This document shows positions 37,101-49,421 of a stretch of DNA of 64,000 nt, one piece after another (position 1 is the first letter of the stretch; every line of letters starts with the position of its first letter). A model generated the notes under the pieces. It searched no databases. It was given only the letters and a program-made list of their open reading frames with translations, and had not been told where the DNA came from. Made by a program: the position numbers and the translations under genes. The DNA comes from Raillietiella orientalis (taxonomy: Eukaryota): NCBI GenBank assembly GCA_036172245.1, contig JAYWIR010000002.1:6138001-6202000 (forward strand). Reading direction: 5' to 3'.

Positions 37101-39976
37101 TATGTAAACGAATTTTCATTTCCGTCATTATTTTAAATGTGTGTGTGCGCGTATTTCTCTCTGGTTCGCACTCGATGTCAGTAGGCCGCGTAGTCTCTGA
37201 AACTACGGAACCATGGTCATCATCTCGGAACCCTCCTCGCAATTTCTTTTTCTTTCCTTCTTTTCTTTTTTTTTTTTTTTTGTTTGTTTGTTTTTGAAAT
37301 ACACGAGCAAAGTGAGCTGTTATGCTTAAGAAAATGTTGGCCGGCCGGAGTTTCTTGAAATCTCCATGCAGAAGAAATACGACCTTCATGTTTGTGGAAG
37401 TCCCATTGTGTCCCACATCGGATGGGTGTAATCGTCGAAAGTGTTTGACTGTGCGCTGTTCTCATATAAATGAATAACTGCACGGGTTACGAATCATCAA
37501 CGTGCAGTGAAGTAGGTGTTGCTGTGTGAAAGCCCATAGCCAACAGCCACGAGTGTTCCGGCAGTGTAAACACAACTGCCACAGGGTACGTGCCTTATGC
37601 GTGGGTAAACATTCGTACACGGGTCGCTTTCGAATTCAAACAAATCAAATCGAATCAGCATTTTTATAAACAGCGGTCGCGGAAACGATGCTGTGTTTCC
37701 GTGCCTCCCCCGAGACCTTAAGAGAGAGGACACTGAAACCCAGATGCAAATTTCGAAACCTCCAATGCTTTGGGATCGACTCGTATTAACGATACGCAGC
37801 GTGGGCTTTCTTCCAGAGTGCTTGTTTTTGTCCGGAAGAAAAACACTCCAAACACGTGTTGAGCATGGGTACGCGTGCGAGTGCAAGCCAGTGCCCCACC
37901 CCATGCGCCCATCCTCCCCTCGGTCCGGATCAACTGCCCCTAGGAAATCTCGCTTGGATCTTGCTTCCCCCTCCCGCTCTAAGGGTGCGCGACCAAGAGT
38001 CGTGTGTGTGTCCGACTCTTTCCGCTGCCCTCTTGGGGTACTCAGTAATGACACGGAACTCTGGGGGAACTATCGTTTAGACACTGGAGGCATTTCCGTA
38101 ACTTGGGGGGGGGGGAAATGCGGCAAGTTTTTTTTTTTTTTTTTTTTCAAAGTGAAAAGGGAAATTGTCGAGGGCCCGCGAGAGAATATGAAGTGAAAAT
38201 TTGAAGGAGATGGGGGAAAAATATCCGGACTCGTCATTTCATTCACTTTGAGAGAAAACTGTTGCACGCTTGGGCCTCTGTTTTTCGGACACTGAGCCGT
38301 CATGAACACTGCCTTCGAGCGCCTTCCATAGTCGTTCTGGGCTCTCGACAGATTCCTGGTGAGTCGGATAACTGCAATGGCCTTGCACTCACCGGTTGAT
38401 TTATAATGTTTTGGGTTGCATTTCACTGTGCTCAGCCGACTTTACTGATATCCGTGTGTACGTCTTCTGACGGGATCGGTATCTGTGGAGTTACGAAGAG
38501 GCTTTGGGTGTTACGACGTCAGTCGCGGCGGATCTATACGTGTGGCGTCCTGTTGCATCCGTTCTCCATGAAATGCCGATGTTTGCTTCCGAGATTCGAA
38601 GTTTCCAAATGGTTCCCCTCCTTCCTCCTCCCTTGGTTAGCATTAGCGCATTTCAGTGCTTGGAGACCGTAGGAAAGGTGCTCGTTAGGGAAATCTGCAG
38701 GAGCGATCAAAGACTGCTGCATGCACGGAGAAAGTCTCGCTCTTGCAGCAGCTTCAACGACCGCAATTAACGCTTGAACAGGAAAAACGCGATACGTATC
38801 GCAGGTTGAGATGCAAAGTTATTTGGAACCGGGCATCTTTCTGGAAATCATGCAGAACTCCTGGCATCGGAATGGTTCTTTCTTTGTCGTACAAGAGGGA
38901 AGAACGCAAGATGAGCGAACTTTATGTGGGTGGAGAAAACCGGGATGCATTTCCTGGTCGCTTTTAAACGGCGTGTAGTTTTTTTTTTTTTTTTTCCTCC
39001 CGATGCGATTGCAAAATTGGGCTGGCGAAAGCTTCCGTACATTAGCGGTCCACGAGCATCATCCACTGCTGTGTATTGGCAAAACACTGTGTGGGTGTTT
39101 TTTTTTCTTTTTTTCCAGTGGCTTTTCGATCTTTGCCTTGCAAGTAGGTTGTGCAAAAAATCAGGTACTGCGGGCACAAAGGACCAAAGGCTGCTGCTGA
39201 AGGATGCAGCGGATGCTGTATCACGGGAAAGGAAAAAAAAAACTCGTGGATTTCTTTTGACTATTAATCAGTTCTGTGATTGCATGAAGGAGGAAAGAAG
39301 AAGAAAGCACAAAAATCCCGAGGTACAAACGATCGGAACCTCCGAGCGTAACGAGAAAATTATGCTGAGCCATTTGGCCACTCCGTCGACGATATGCATT
39401 CACGAACTCGACTCGGCGTATGCGGTCATAATAAAAATCGAAATCCAAAACTGAAAATTAAATCAGGTTTAATCACAAAACAACACCGTGAGGCATTTTC
39501 AGCTCCTCCGCATATTGTGTTTCTTAATTGGTGCGGATTCGTTGAAGTTTCCTCGGATCCCTCGATCGCACCTCCTCCGTGGGCACTCTTGACGTGGAAG
39601 AAAGGAAAAGGAAAGAAAATGCCCACATATGAGTGAGATAGCGAGGCAGACGGCCCAGACGTTGGGACGTGTGTGCATCGTGTCGAGCGAATGGGACGTT
39701 TTTCCAGGGAACCCGCTGCAAACTCGTTGGAACAGATGGTTTCATAAACACGAAACACTCACCGTTTTGTGTTCAAGGGATCCGAAAAAAGAAATGAGCT
39801 TTCGTCATTAGAAATGCTCCAAGCGTGGTAGATCCTCGAATTATTCCGGAAACTCCACCTGGAAACGCTGAAGGTGCGTGAGCTTTGAGAAGCAGTGGAA
39901 AATTCGACTGTCCTGCGACGGGCATGGGTGGTTACGAAAACGAATAAACCATTTACATGGCTCTTTTTTTTTTGTA

Positions 39977-40003
39977 AATATATATATATATATATACATA
40001 TAT
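39977..40003. repeat. (TA)n microsatellite; others are (GT)n 43430-43456, (CT)n 49983-50018, (TGGT)n 56817-56840
   Basis: Directly visible. Confidence 0.9.
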
Positions 40004-41299
40004 AACAGCGATTTGCTACGGTTCTTGGATGTCGCACTGCGGTGTACAAATGGAGACAGGGTATACACAGCTCACTGAGTAGCTTCCACGAGCGACTCTG
40101 CTGAGATGCCTGAGCGGCAATTACCGTATTTCTTTCAAAACGATCGCAGTCTCCATGCTACTTCTAGGAAGATGTATTTTCCCATTTTTTTTTTTTCCCT
40201 TCCTTCCCTTTTCTTTCCCGCAAAGCACATAGTTCCTCCCCCCGACTGTGGTGCAGGCCTTTCAGGCTTTGACCGTTCTCAAACCCCCTTGTAAACACGT
40301 GAGCACGTGTGTGCAGCAGTGATGTTTCCAGATTTAATGCGTTTATAATAATATAGAGGCTTTCTTATCAATCAGGCAAGAAATTTCTCCGATGGTAGCA
40401 GGAACTTGTTTCAAAGCCATTAGGCGTGCAGGTTGGTTTCTTTTTTTCTTTTTCTCTCCGGGAACACATGCATGCTTCTCACCACCGGATTATTCGGAAT
40501 TTTTTTTGTTGTTGTTGTTCTTGAACCCTTTTCGAAATTTGAACGTTTCCGGAAGTGTAAACTGTTGAAAGGATTGAAGGAAAGAAAAGGAAAGTCTACG
40601 TTGCAGATGCGGTCGCACGTAATCACTACTACTATAACGTGAACACCGTTGCACCACACTACCAACAACAGGTGTCACCAAGCTTAGCTGCCAGTAAATT
40701 GGCGTTTACGTAGGTGCGGGCATCCTCGAACCGTTTTCATCTCGTTTCCAGTCAACTAGGCGTTCATTCGGACACCTAAGGGAACAGGATGCAAGATAGC
40801 TGATAGCGCATAGGGCATGTCCTGAATTAATAATCGTCTGGTGCATTATTCCGCGTAAGGTACGAGAAGTTCCCGCAGATTGGCAATCCTCAGCAGCGAA
40901 TGCTTTTCACTTTCATCGGAGGCTGTGGTGCTTGCGATGCGAACCTTGGAGCCTCCAGGAAGTCCAACCGGTGTGGAGCCGACACGAATAACGTGTAAGG
41001 TCACCAGCACCGGTTGAAGCCTCGACCGTTCCCTCTCGCTTGCAACTACTGTGTTGATCCAAAGAATTTTCAAGTTTCAGTCTTCTTCTAATCGAGCGTC
41101 CGTAAATCCAGTAACGTAGGCGAAACTCGGGAAAGCCGCTTCCATCCATTCCGAGCCAAGCTTTCGCCCTATTTTGAAACCAAATGTGTGGTGTCTGTGA
41201 AACTCTTGCATTGAAACTACCATCTCCGTGCCGAAGTGCGTGACAAGAAAATTGATTGGGTAGAAGATAAAAAAGTTTTCAAAATGTTGTGGGTCACGG

Positions 41300-41880
41300 G
41301 AGTGTGTTCACTGTGAAGGAAATCTGGTGCCCAGTGTGTGCGTGTGTATAACGGTGTTGTTGCGTCAAGGAAAATATCAGCAAATCGCTTTCTAATGCCT
41401 GCATTGCAATGGGTGTTCGATACACCGAGCGAGAGGAGTTCGGATGAGTACGGGAAAACGGTAGGTTTTGATGATGAATCACCCTGAAGTGCAATCTGTT
41501 TCCAAAAGGAACTGCCCTTTCGCTTCCGTCGTCCCTGGCCTCACCGAACAGCCACACTGTGGATGGAAATCCACGACTGGACACTCTGAAATTCACTTTC
41601 GTCACATTTGACGCAGTGTTTCAGTTATTTGAGGGAGTTTATTAGCTCTTCGGGTTGAAGGGCATCCCAGCATGAACTTGAAATGTTTGCCAACTTGCAA
41701 TCTCGAGTGTGGATCCGTTGTCGTTGATTCGCAGTTCCAGATTTCCAACACGTCTCGACACGGATCGTGTGCACGAAATAAAGGAATCCGTTTCCAGGAG
41801 TCGTTGTGGCTTTGAAAGTTTGTTTATCACGAAATGGAATTTCAGTTTGTTTGCGTTAGCTGTGGAATCATCTCAGTCCC
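41300..41880 (-). mobile_element. Decayed hAT transposase C-terminal half (may extend to about 42700)
   Basis: FWKQIALQGDSSSKPTVFPYSSELLSLGVSNTHCNAGIRKRFADI resembles FW...FPxL...PHSNAxxERxFS; upstream LKFHFVINKLSKPQRLLETD. Confidence 0.55.
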
Positions 41881-42151
41881 CGTCCAGATAGAGAGAGATT
41901 CATACCGGCATGGAAGCACATCAGATCAAGTAAAATCATTTGAAGGATGCTGTTTTTTTTTTTTGTTGTTGTTGTTGTTTTTTCCTCTTTCTCCGTACAC
42001 GTCGGACGTACACGCGCCCTGCGTTGACCAAGACGGTTCGGGTTTGATGGTGCAGTCGTTAAGACACGATTTTTTGAATGCTTTGGAAGAATTTTAATGA
42101 AACCGTGAAGGCATGTGCTCTTTGCGAATGATTTGCAACGGCCGTTGATCG

Positions 42152-42202
42152 TGATGTTTATTAATGTCGATGATGAACCATCATCGATATTAATGAATAT
42201 CA
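42152..42202 (+). other. 24-bp stem hairpin, 3-nt loop
   Basis: TGATGTTTATTAATGTCGATGATG-AAC-CATCATCGATATTAATGAATATCA; all three non-Watson-Crick pairs are G-U on the + strand. Confidence 0.8.
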
Positions 42203-43429
42203 AATGTGCTGACTTTGTTGATAGAATCCGATCGAACTTCCGCCTTAAAAAGTGTCCGTCTTTGATTTGTGTGTGTGCGCATTTTGTTTGAAAAATTCCA
42301 TTTTAAAACTGCCTAGGTGTGCAGGTTGTTGATCCGAAAGAAGTAGAAGACAATATGTGCAAATGGTAGAAAAGAAAAAAAAAAGGGGGGGGGGGGATAG
42401 AGAGAGCGAGTTCTTTTATGCTCACTTTGCTTATATTCTAGAAACTCACGGTCCGCCGTAAAACGAGTTTCTTCCAGAGTTTTGGCCTTTGGATCCGCCA
42501 AAGGCCAAGAAGATGGAAAATATGCAGACTACCTCTTCCCACCATGCTGTTTTGCTTCTGCCTGGCGCACCAAATACGTCGGAAAACATATTTTGCCGAT
42601 TCAGTTCGAGGATAGAAGAAATTCTAAATCCACATCTCCTTTGGCATCCCAGCTTCCTTCGCAAACTGCTTTTTTTGTTTGTCTGTGAAACGGATGAAGT
42701 TTTCCTCTTCCGGAAAACCATGGGAAACCGCGTATTATTCCCTCTTCCGTTATTTTTGTCTTGAACTTCCCTGTCGGAATTTCTTCCTGTCTCTTAAACA
42801 TCTGAGATTACTCTGTGCGTGTGTGTCCATTTGAATATTCTTGCAGCCCCTCTGGCGACGCTCAACAACGGAATTCCAATCCGAAAAACCAAATGCGGTC
42901 CACTGAAAGGAAAACGGGAACCTTGCTGTCTAAACAAGAGCTCTCCGTAACGATTCCTTTTCACTTTTTTAGAAGAAGAAAACAGAAAGGCGTGGTCGCA
43001 AAGCGCGCCACTGCCACCAGTGCAGGAGTCGGACAGTGCAGAGCTTGAAGGAACAATGTGTTTATTGCGTGGGTGGTACCCACTTCGTAGGTAGTTTCTG
43101 CACTCGGCCGTGCGTTCGTGTCTTCGCGGTTGCCCCCACTCGGTGACCCGCCCCGAAGCGCCTTGCTTTGCTTCCGGGGCACACAGACTCGGGTCTGTGC
43201 GTGTCTCTTAGGAAATGAGTTTGCGTTTCCGGCGTCTCTATTGGAATTCTGTACAAAACGTCTTGGAGCACGACTCGGCCCCACGCTTGCCTATCAATGG
43301 GATAGGAGTAGCTCGTGCAAGCCAGGTGAATCATCCATTTTTGTTCGCGAGAGCTTGAAATTTATTTCCATAAATCCGAATCCGAAAAATCACGTTGCCT
43401 CAGAGCGAGCTAGACGTAACCAGAGGGAA

Positions 43430-43460
<31 letters not shown>

Positions 43461-46400
43461 TTAAAAAAAGGAGAGGTCTTGACATTCAAATCCAGGAAGT
43501 ATGAACTTTTAAGCACTTGCTGCTTCTTAGGCTGGGTTTTGGATCATATTGCTGCCTACTTTCCAGTTGCTCCATGCCCTGGTCGATTTAGAACCTTGAA
43601 GAAAACCTGTGAGACTCGCTCTAAAGATTCGCTGTAGGTACATCCTCCTGCAGTGTGTTCACTCCTGCCTCTTCTTTTTTTTTCTTTTTCTTTTTTTTTT
43701 ACGCAGAAAATGCAAACCTGATCCTGAAACTCGAGATAAGACACACTGCACGTTCGGTTGTGTATGACGAGTTTTTCCGCGGCCGAAAGAAGTGCTCTCC
43801 GCATACGCTGGTGGGCTGTAGGTCGCGGTGCACGAATTGTGACCCCTCAGCAGCTCAGTGGTTCAACAAATGTTGGTTCTTCCCATTTGCTTCAGTCCCG
43901 TGTCGGGACCGTCTTGACGATAGGATTCGTTGACATTTTATTGAGGATTAGCGTCGTGAGCATGGGACTCCCTGACGATGTGGATCGCGTTCCTTGTTCC
44001 GCAAAAACACGTACAACGTGTGTGTGGTTAGAAAGACGGCTCAGAAACTCGAATGGGAATAAACGGCAGACGAGGAAACATCGAAAACGTGGAGGAGGAT
44101 GCTCCGCGACCTGCACATCTCTGTCGCTTGAAGGTGACTGAAGAGAAAATTTCTTTCCTGGCAGCCCAAGAGAAAAAGGCGCTCTCCTCCCTTCCTTCCC
44201 TTGCGTGTACGTCTGCCGTTGACGTCTGCAAATCTCTCGCCTTCGCTTCGAAACTCACCTACTGGAAACGCACATATTGCAATGAAATTAAAACCATGCT
44301 ATAAAGGACTGCAAGAAGACGCCTTTGAGTTCCATTTCGTGTGTGTGCACGCAGGCAGATACCAAACATACCCGAAGGGTATGGTGGAAACGGATTGCGA
44401 AAGCAACCTCGGTGCTGTACGCGTCGACGAAATACGCCATTAGAGAGACGTTTGATTTCTGTGCGGATTTTTATGGTTCATGAAATGGAAATCAATGCAT
44501 TGCGCTTCCGATTCATGTGCTCTTTGCCACCCCTTTGAAGACCACTTATGCAATGCAAAAGCAATGCGTCGAGTTCCATGGAGGCACCAATCGCTTGGAA
44601 GGTTCGCTCGGCGTTGTGACGTGCAGAGTTTCACCGGCGGGAAATGCGCGCCAAGGAGCGCAGAGCCGCTTCCGACCACCCTGCTGTTGGGTGCGCCCGC
44701 GAAACCGGGGGGGGGACGTCTGCAAACGAATGGTCTTTACCAGCTTGTGCTCGAATGGGTGCTTCTTCAAGCCAAAAACCCCCTTCTTACACCCAATTGC
44801 TTGCTTCTCGTAGTCAGTTGCTTTATCGCAGGGCATTTGGAGCGGATGAAGCCAGTGGTGGTTGCGTCCTGACTTAGTGTCCCATGAAGAGAATTGGAAA
44901 CGAAAGAAACTCTTAGGCAAAAGTGGATCAATATTTGTGAAGCCTTATTTCAGCGGGCTGCGATGCGGCTAAGGTTGACATCAGCATTAGGCACAGCTGA
45001 TATTTATCATCAGGGGTAATTCTGAGAACCCACGGCTCGCAAGAGCTCGAGCATCCTGGCTGAAGGAATTTGTGATAAATGTAGCAGAAACTGCTGATTT
45101 TACACAAGGGGTCTTTATTTTATTGCGTTTCCCCCTTCTGATTATCTGCATATTTCCCCCATCCGTTTCGCAGTTTAAAAAATTCTTTGGATGACCCCTA
45201 AGCTACTGCCGAATGCTATTCTGACTTTACGGATATCTTTTGCAATAATTCCTCCGGCCAGTTAAGGAACGCGCGCTCTTGATCGCCTCAATAAAAAAGA
45301 GTCGCGGAAAGCCAGGTGGAATTGGTCCGTCTTCTAGCGTCTTGCATCCCGGCCCCCTTGACAGCGTTCCGTACCCAGAACGCTGCCATATTTGCGGCCG
45401 CTTCGAGCAGAATTGATGACGGTCTCCATTTCAGGGCACTCTGTTTCACAAACGGTTCCCGGGTTGTTGTGGTTGTTTTTCAACAGCAGACAACAAAAAC
45501 GGAAAATGATGCCCACGAATTAGCAGCATCCGTGCCTGCGTTGCCTTGAGGAAAGCTCTTGCCGATTCCTCCGGTTTCCTGCTTGAGTCGTTCGATTTCT
45601 GCATTCCCCGTTGCCGGATTTCTGCTGCGGGAGAGGAAGGGAAAAAGGAAAAAAGCGTGCCGGCATTCCAGCATGATTTTTCTCGGCCACTTGTTGATTT
45701 CCCTCTTCCTCTCTCTTGTTTGCGCTCGCGAAACCGAGGAAAATTCGCGGGGTCCCCTGGCAAGTCAGGTGCCGCGCATCCCGATTTCACTCGTATGCGT
45801 TTCACCCGCGCGTCGTTTCCTTGACACGGCGAGCAGCAGGAGCCGGGAGCGAGCGAGCGTTCTGGCACTTTCGGCAGCGCACGGAGCGAAGCGCCGCCTG
45901 GCGGCGCTCCTCTTCGCCGGGATCCGACTCGTTACACGGCGCGAACCCCCTCAGAGCGAGCTTTCGGGAAATGCACGCTCTCGTTCCAGGTTGATGATGC
46001 ACTTGCATTTCCTCCCAAGTCGTACTTGAGCTGCGCTCTTGCTCCTGGCGAGGCGTCGCCTCCACCGCACGGCGGGCTTTCGCTTCGCCCGCCTTCCCCG
46101 ATTTCGGAATGCTTCCGGGTGCCGCCGGTACGCGGCATTGCCTGCCCTTTCGTAAGGTCATGCCATCCGAATTCCGAGTACGTATATCGCAGGCGTGGAG
46201 AATTTGCTGCTCGTGGTGCACGTGGAGGGCTTTGGCCCTTGTGAGACTTTCCAGCCCCTCCCCCTCCCCGTTTCCCGCGGTTTTCGGGTCTCGGCACATC
46301 CACGCGTGTTTTGTAACATTCGAGTGGGGTATTGCTTGCAACTTTGCAAGGGCCTGGAATTCCCAGAGGTAACAAACAGTAGTTGATGCCGTCCATTCGG

Positions 46401-46731
46401 AGCGGAAAGCCTTCCTCTCTCCGAAACGGACGGTGTGCCGCCGCACTTCGTCGGGATCGGCTGAAAACTCTGCGTGGAAAGCGTTGGAGAAGGATGGATC
46501 CTGTCTCGCTGGCGAGATCCCGGGAACTCCCCCCCCCCTCCCCCCATTCCCTTCTTTTTCTTCTTCGTTCTTCTCGGAACTGTCTTGTGTACTTGTTCCG
46601 AGTCGTCTCGGCGCGTGCACCTGAGAGTTCATAACGACCGAGGATTGCTGGCTCCTTCCCCTTCCCCCCTCCCTTCCCCCCTCCCTCCTGTGGCCCACGT
46701 GGTCGCGTGAGCCGTTTGAATGAGTTCGAAT

Positions 46732-46786
46732 GAAAACCGGAGCGTACGGTCGCGGGAGATCTTCGCGACCGTACGCTCCGGTTTTC
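46732..46786. other. Inverted repeat with perfect 23-bp arms and 9-nt spacer
   Basis: GAAAACCGGAGCGTACGGTCGCG-GGAGATCTT-CGCGACCGTACGCTCCGGTTTTC. Confidence 0.85.
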
Positions 46787-47295
46787 TTACCATGGAAAAG
46801 GAAGTAATGGGACCCCGCCGCTCGAAGTGACTGCCTCGCGCCAACCCGGCGATGGCCCTCTGAGCAGAGTTTTTCGTGCGCCCCTTAGACATTTTCGCTC
46901 CCCAAGGTTTCCGCGGGCAATCGGACTCTTGGGGTATCGATCCGCTCCTTTAAAGATTTTTACATTTCGCGACCTTTGAGCGGAAGCGCTGCTGAGCAGA
47001 TCCATCGCGAGGTAAAGGAGAGGGGGGAGGGAGTGCAGCTGGACGAGCTATTCGAGTGGCTATCAGACGGGGATACCTTTTGTGGATGACTGCGTGGCAA
47101 AAGAGTCGGTTACTGAAAAAGGAAAAACCGATCAGGAAGCGAAAAATGAAGAAATTTCCCCCCTTCGTTTGCGTGGAAGTGTAGCGCGCCCCCATGCAAA
47201 CGAAGTTTTTTTTTTTTTTTTCGAGGGGTTGGGGTGGGGGCTTGCAGATCGGCGACGGAACGTGACCACTCCACCCCCCCTTTCCTCCCTTCCAG

Positions 47296-49382
47296 TCAAC
47301 TGCGATGACCTCAGCGGCGTCAAGTCTTCGATCCTGGGGAGCATGAGCTTCACGCCCTCGGAGCAGATGCTGATCCGCCTCGTCGCCGACCGCGGAAGCA
47401 ACCCCATGGGTCGCTTCCTGACCCTACGGCGACGTCGGAAGCGGCGCCTGGTGACGCGGTCGCTGACGGTGCACAAAGCCCTGGTGGACGACGTCCTGCA
47501 CGCGCAGTGCCAGGTGAGGTTCGCAGAGCGAAAGCGTTTCCAAGTGCGAGAGCGCGGCCCGCGGCCCCCTCCCCCAGCTGATGCTGAATCGGATCGGAGA
47601 CTGGAACTTCAGTGCTTTCACCCTGGACTACGTCGCTGGAGGTTTGGTGCTTGGGCGTGCCCGCGTTGCCCGCTGCCGCTTCTCCCCCCCCCCTCTCTCC
47701 TCCGTAGGGCATTCGCTGCCGATGCTATGCATGCACTTGTTCCACGAGCACGGGCTGCTGCGCCACTTTCGGATCGACCCCGTGCGGGCGTGGCACTTTT
47801 TCGGTCAGTAGCCTCGCGGTGGCCAGGGAAGCGCGCAGCACGCAGCGCGGTTCGCGCCGTAGTTCTTGTGGAGGAGGGCTACCGCTCCAACCCCTACCAC
47901 AACTCCATTCATGCCACCGACGTCACCCAGGCGATGCACTGCTACCTCCACGAAGACAAGGTCGGGACGGCGGGTGCCCGCGCCGTCGCCGCAACGACCC
48001 CTCCCCCTCTCCTGCTTTGCAGATCCTTCGCCACCTGCAGCCCCTGGAGAAGATTGCGGCGCTGATCGCGGCCATGTCGCACGATCTCGACCACCCCGGG
48101 GTCACCCAGTCTTTCCTGATCGCGACGCGCAACCACCTCGCTTCCCTGTACAAAGTAGGCAGACTCGCCAGCGGGAAGGGGGACGCGCGCGCGCGCGGGG
48201 AGGAGGAGGAACCGTCGCGCGGAGGGACGCGCGCATCTTGCAGAACGCCAGCGTGCTGGAGAACCATCACTGGCGCTCATGCATCGGCTGCCTGAACGAG
48301 AGCTGCGTGCTGGACTCCCTGGACGCCGACCAGTGGAACGCCATGCTGGACATCGTGCGCAGCCTCATCCTCGCCACCGACATGGCGCGCCACCAGGAGT
48401 TCCGCGACGGCCTGCAGGTTTGTCTTCGCGGCCGCCACTCACCCCACCTATTTCCGGCTTGCGCAGAGCAAGCTGCAGATAGGGAAGCTGGACGCCAGCC
48501 ACTCCAAGCTGCGCTGCTTCGCCCTCTGCATCGCCCTCAAGTGCGCGGACATCTCCAACCTGTGCCGCCCTGGGCCCATCAGCCAGCTCTGGTCCCGCCG
48601 CGTGTGCGATGAGTTCTACCGGCAGGGCGACTACGAGAGGGCTCTCGGCCTGCCCGTGACACCCATCTGCGACCGGACCGTGTCTTCCATGCCCTCCATA
48701 CAGATAAGTGCGTGCCCGGAGGGCGGCAGGGGAGCCCGTTCTACCCGGGCCTCCGCCGCGGGGCTTTGCAGGGTTCCTCCACGGCATCGTGCGGCCCCTG
48801 TTCGAGCTCTGGGACGCCTGGCTGCAGTCCCCCCTCTCCGCCGCCATGATGGCCAACCTGCGGGGCAACGAGCGCTACTGGCGCCACCAAGCGGGCGACT
48901 CGCTGGAGGCCGCGAGGCAGCAGCAGCAGCAGGCGGCCGAGCTGCTGAGGCCGGTGCCCGCCTCCGCGGATGCGCGGCGGTACTCCGTCCCCGTGCCCTC
49001 CCTCGTGTTGCGATCTCCCCCGCGGCGGCGCGAACGGCGCCACTCCGACTTCCTGGTGGTCCCCGTCGAGCCGCCCTCGGAGGCTGCTGACGAGCTCGCG
49101 CCCGAGCTGAGCATCGCCACGTTCAGCGGCGGGACCACCACCACGGCCCCGGGCCGCGACCCAGCCCAGCCCTCGCCGACAGCAGCAGCCTCCTCCCCGG
49201 CCGCGAGCGATGACGACCACGACACCGCCGCCGCCTCCGGGCGCCTCCGTTTCCAACGCTCGTCCGAGGCCGCCAGCCCCCCCCAACAGACCCTGCTCCG
49301 CAGGGGATCCCTGCCCGCCGTCCCGGAAGCGGAGGACGAGAAGCGCCGCCGCCGCTCGGAGCCCTACAGCGTGACAGGTTAG
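47296..49382 (+). CDS. PDE7: Class I cAMP phosphodiesterase, PDE7-like, exons 3-10 (catalytic domain and C-tail): 47296-47513, 47578-47641, 47708-47803, 47863-47960, 48023-48154, 48244-48417, 48467-48707, 48772-49382
   Basis: Spliced translation keeps frame across seven GT-AG introns (64, 66, 59, 62, 89, 49, 64 nt). It contains [28 protein letters not shown] (metal-binding HD signature), [39 protein letters not shown] and [14 protein letters not shown] and [10 protein letters not shown] are characteristic of PDE7 as I recall vertebrate PDE7A/B. Confidence 0.95.
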
Positions 49383-49421
49383 CACCCGGGGCCAGCGCCG
49401 CCCTTGCCAAAATCCCGAAAG

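Noticed and set aside
37497..37690. Helitron helicase C-terminal remnant
   Set aside because: Only vague similarity; QFP, SQG and HGQLYV motifs are not present.
38352..38358. 7-nt microexon AG|ATTCCTG|GTGAGT that would bridge exon 1 to 47296
   Set aside because: Exon 29125-29188 already supplies the phase change with stronger signals; such a match is likely by chance in 18 kb.
42482..42508. 11-bp stem hairpin as an intrinsic terminator
   Set aside because: Eukaryotic intron, no U-tract; a stem this short is unremarkable.
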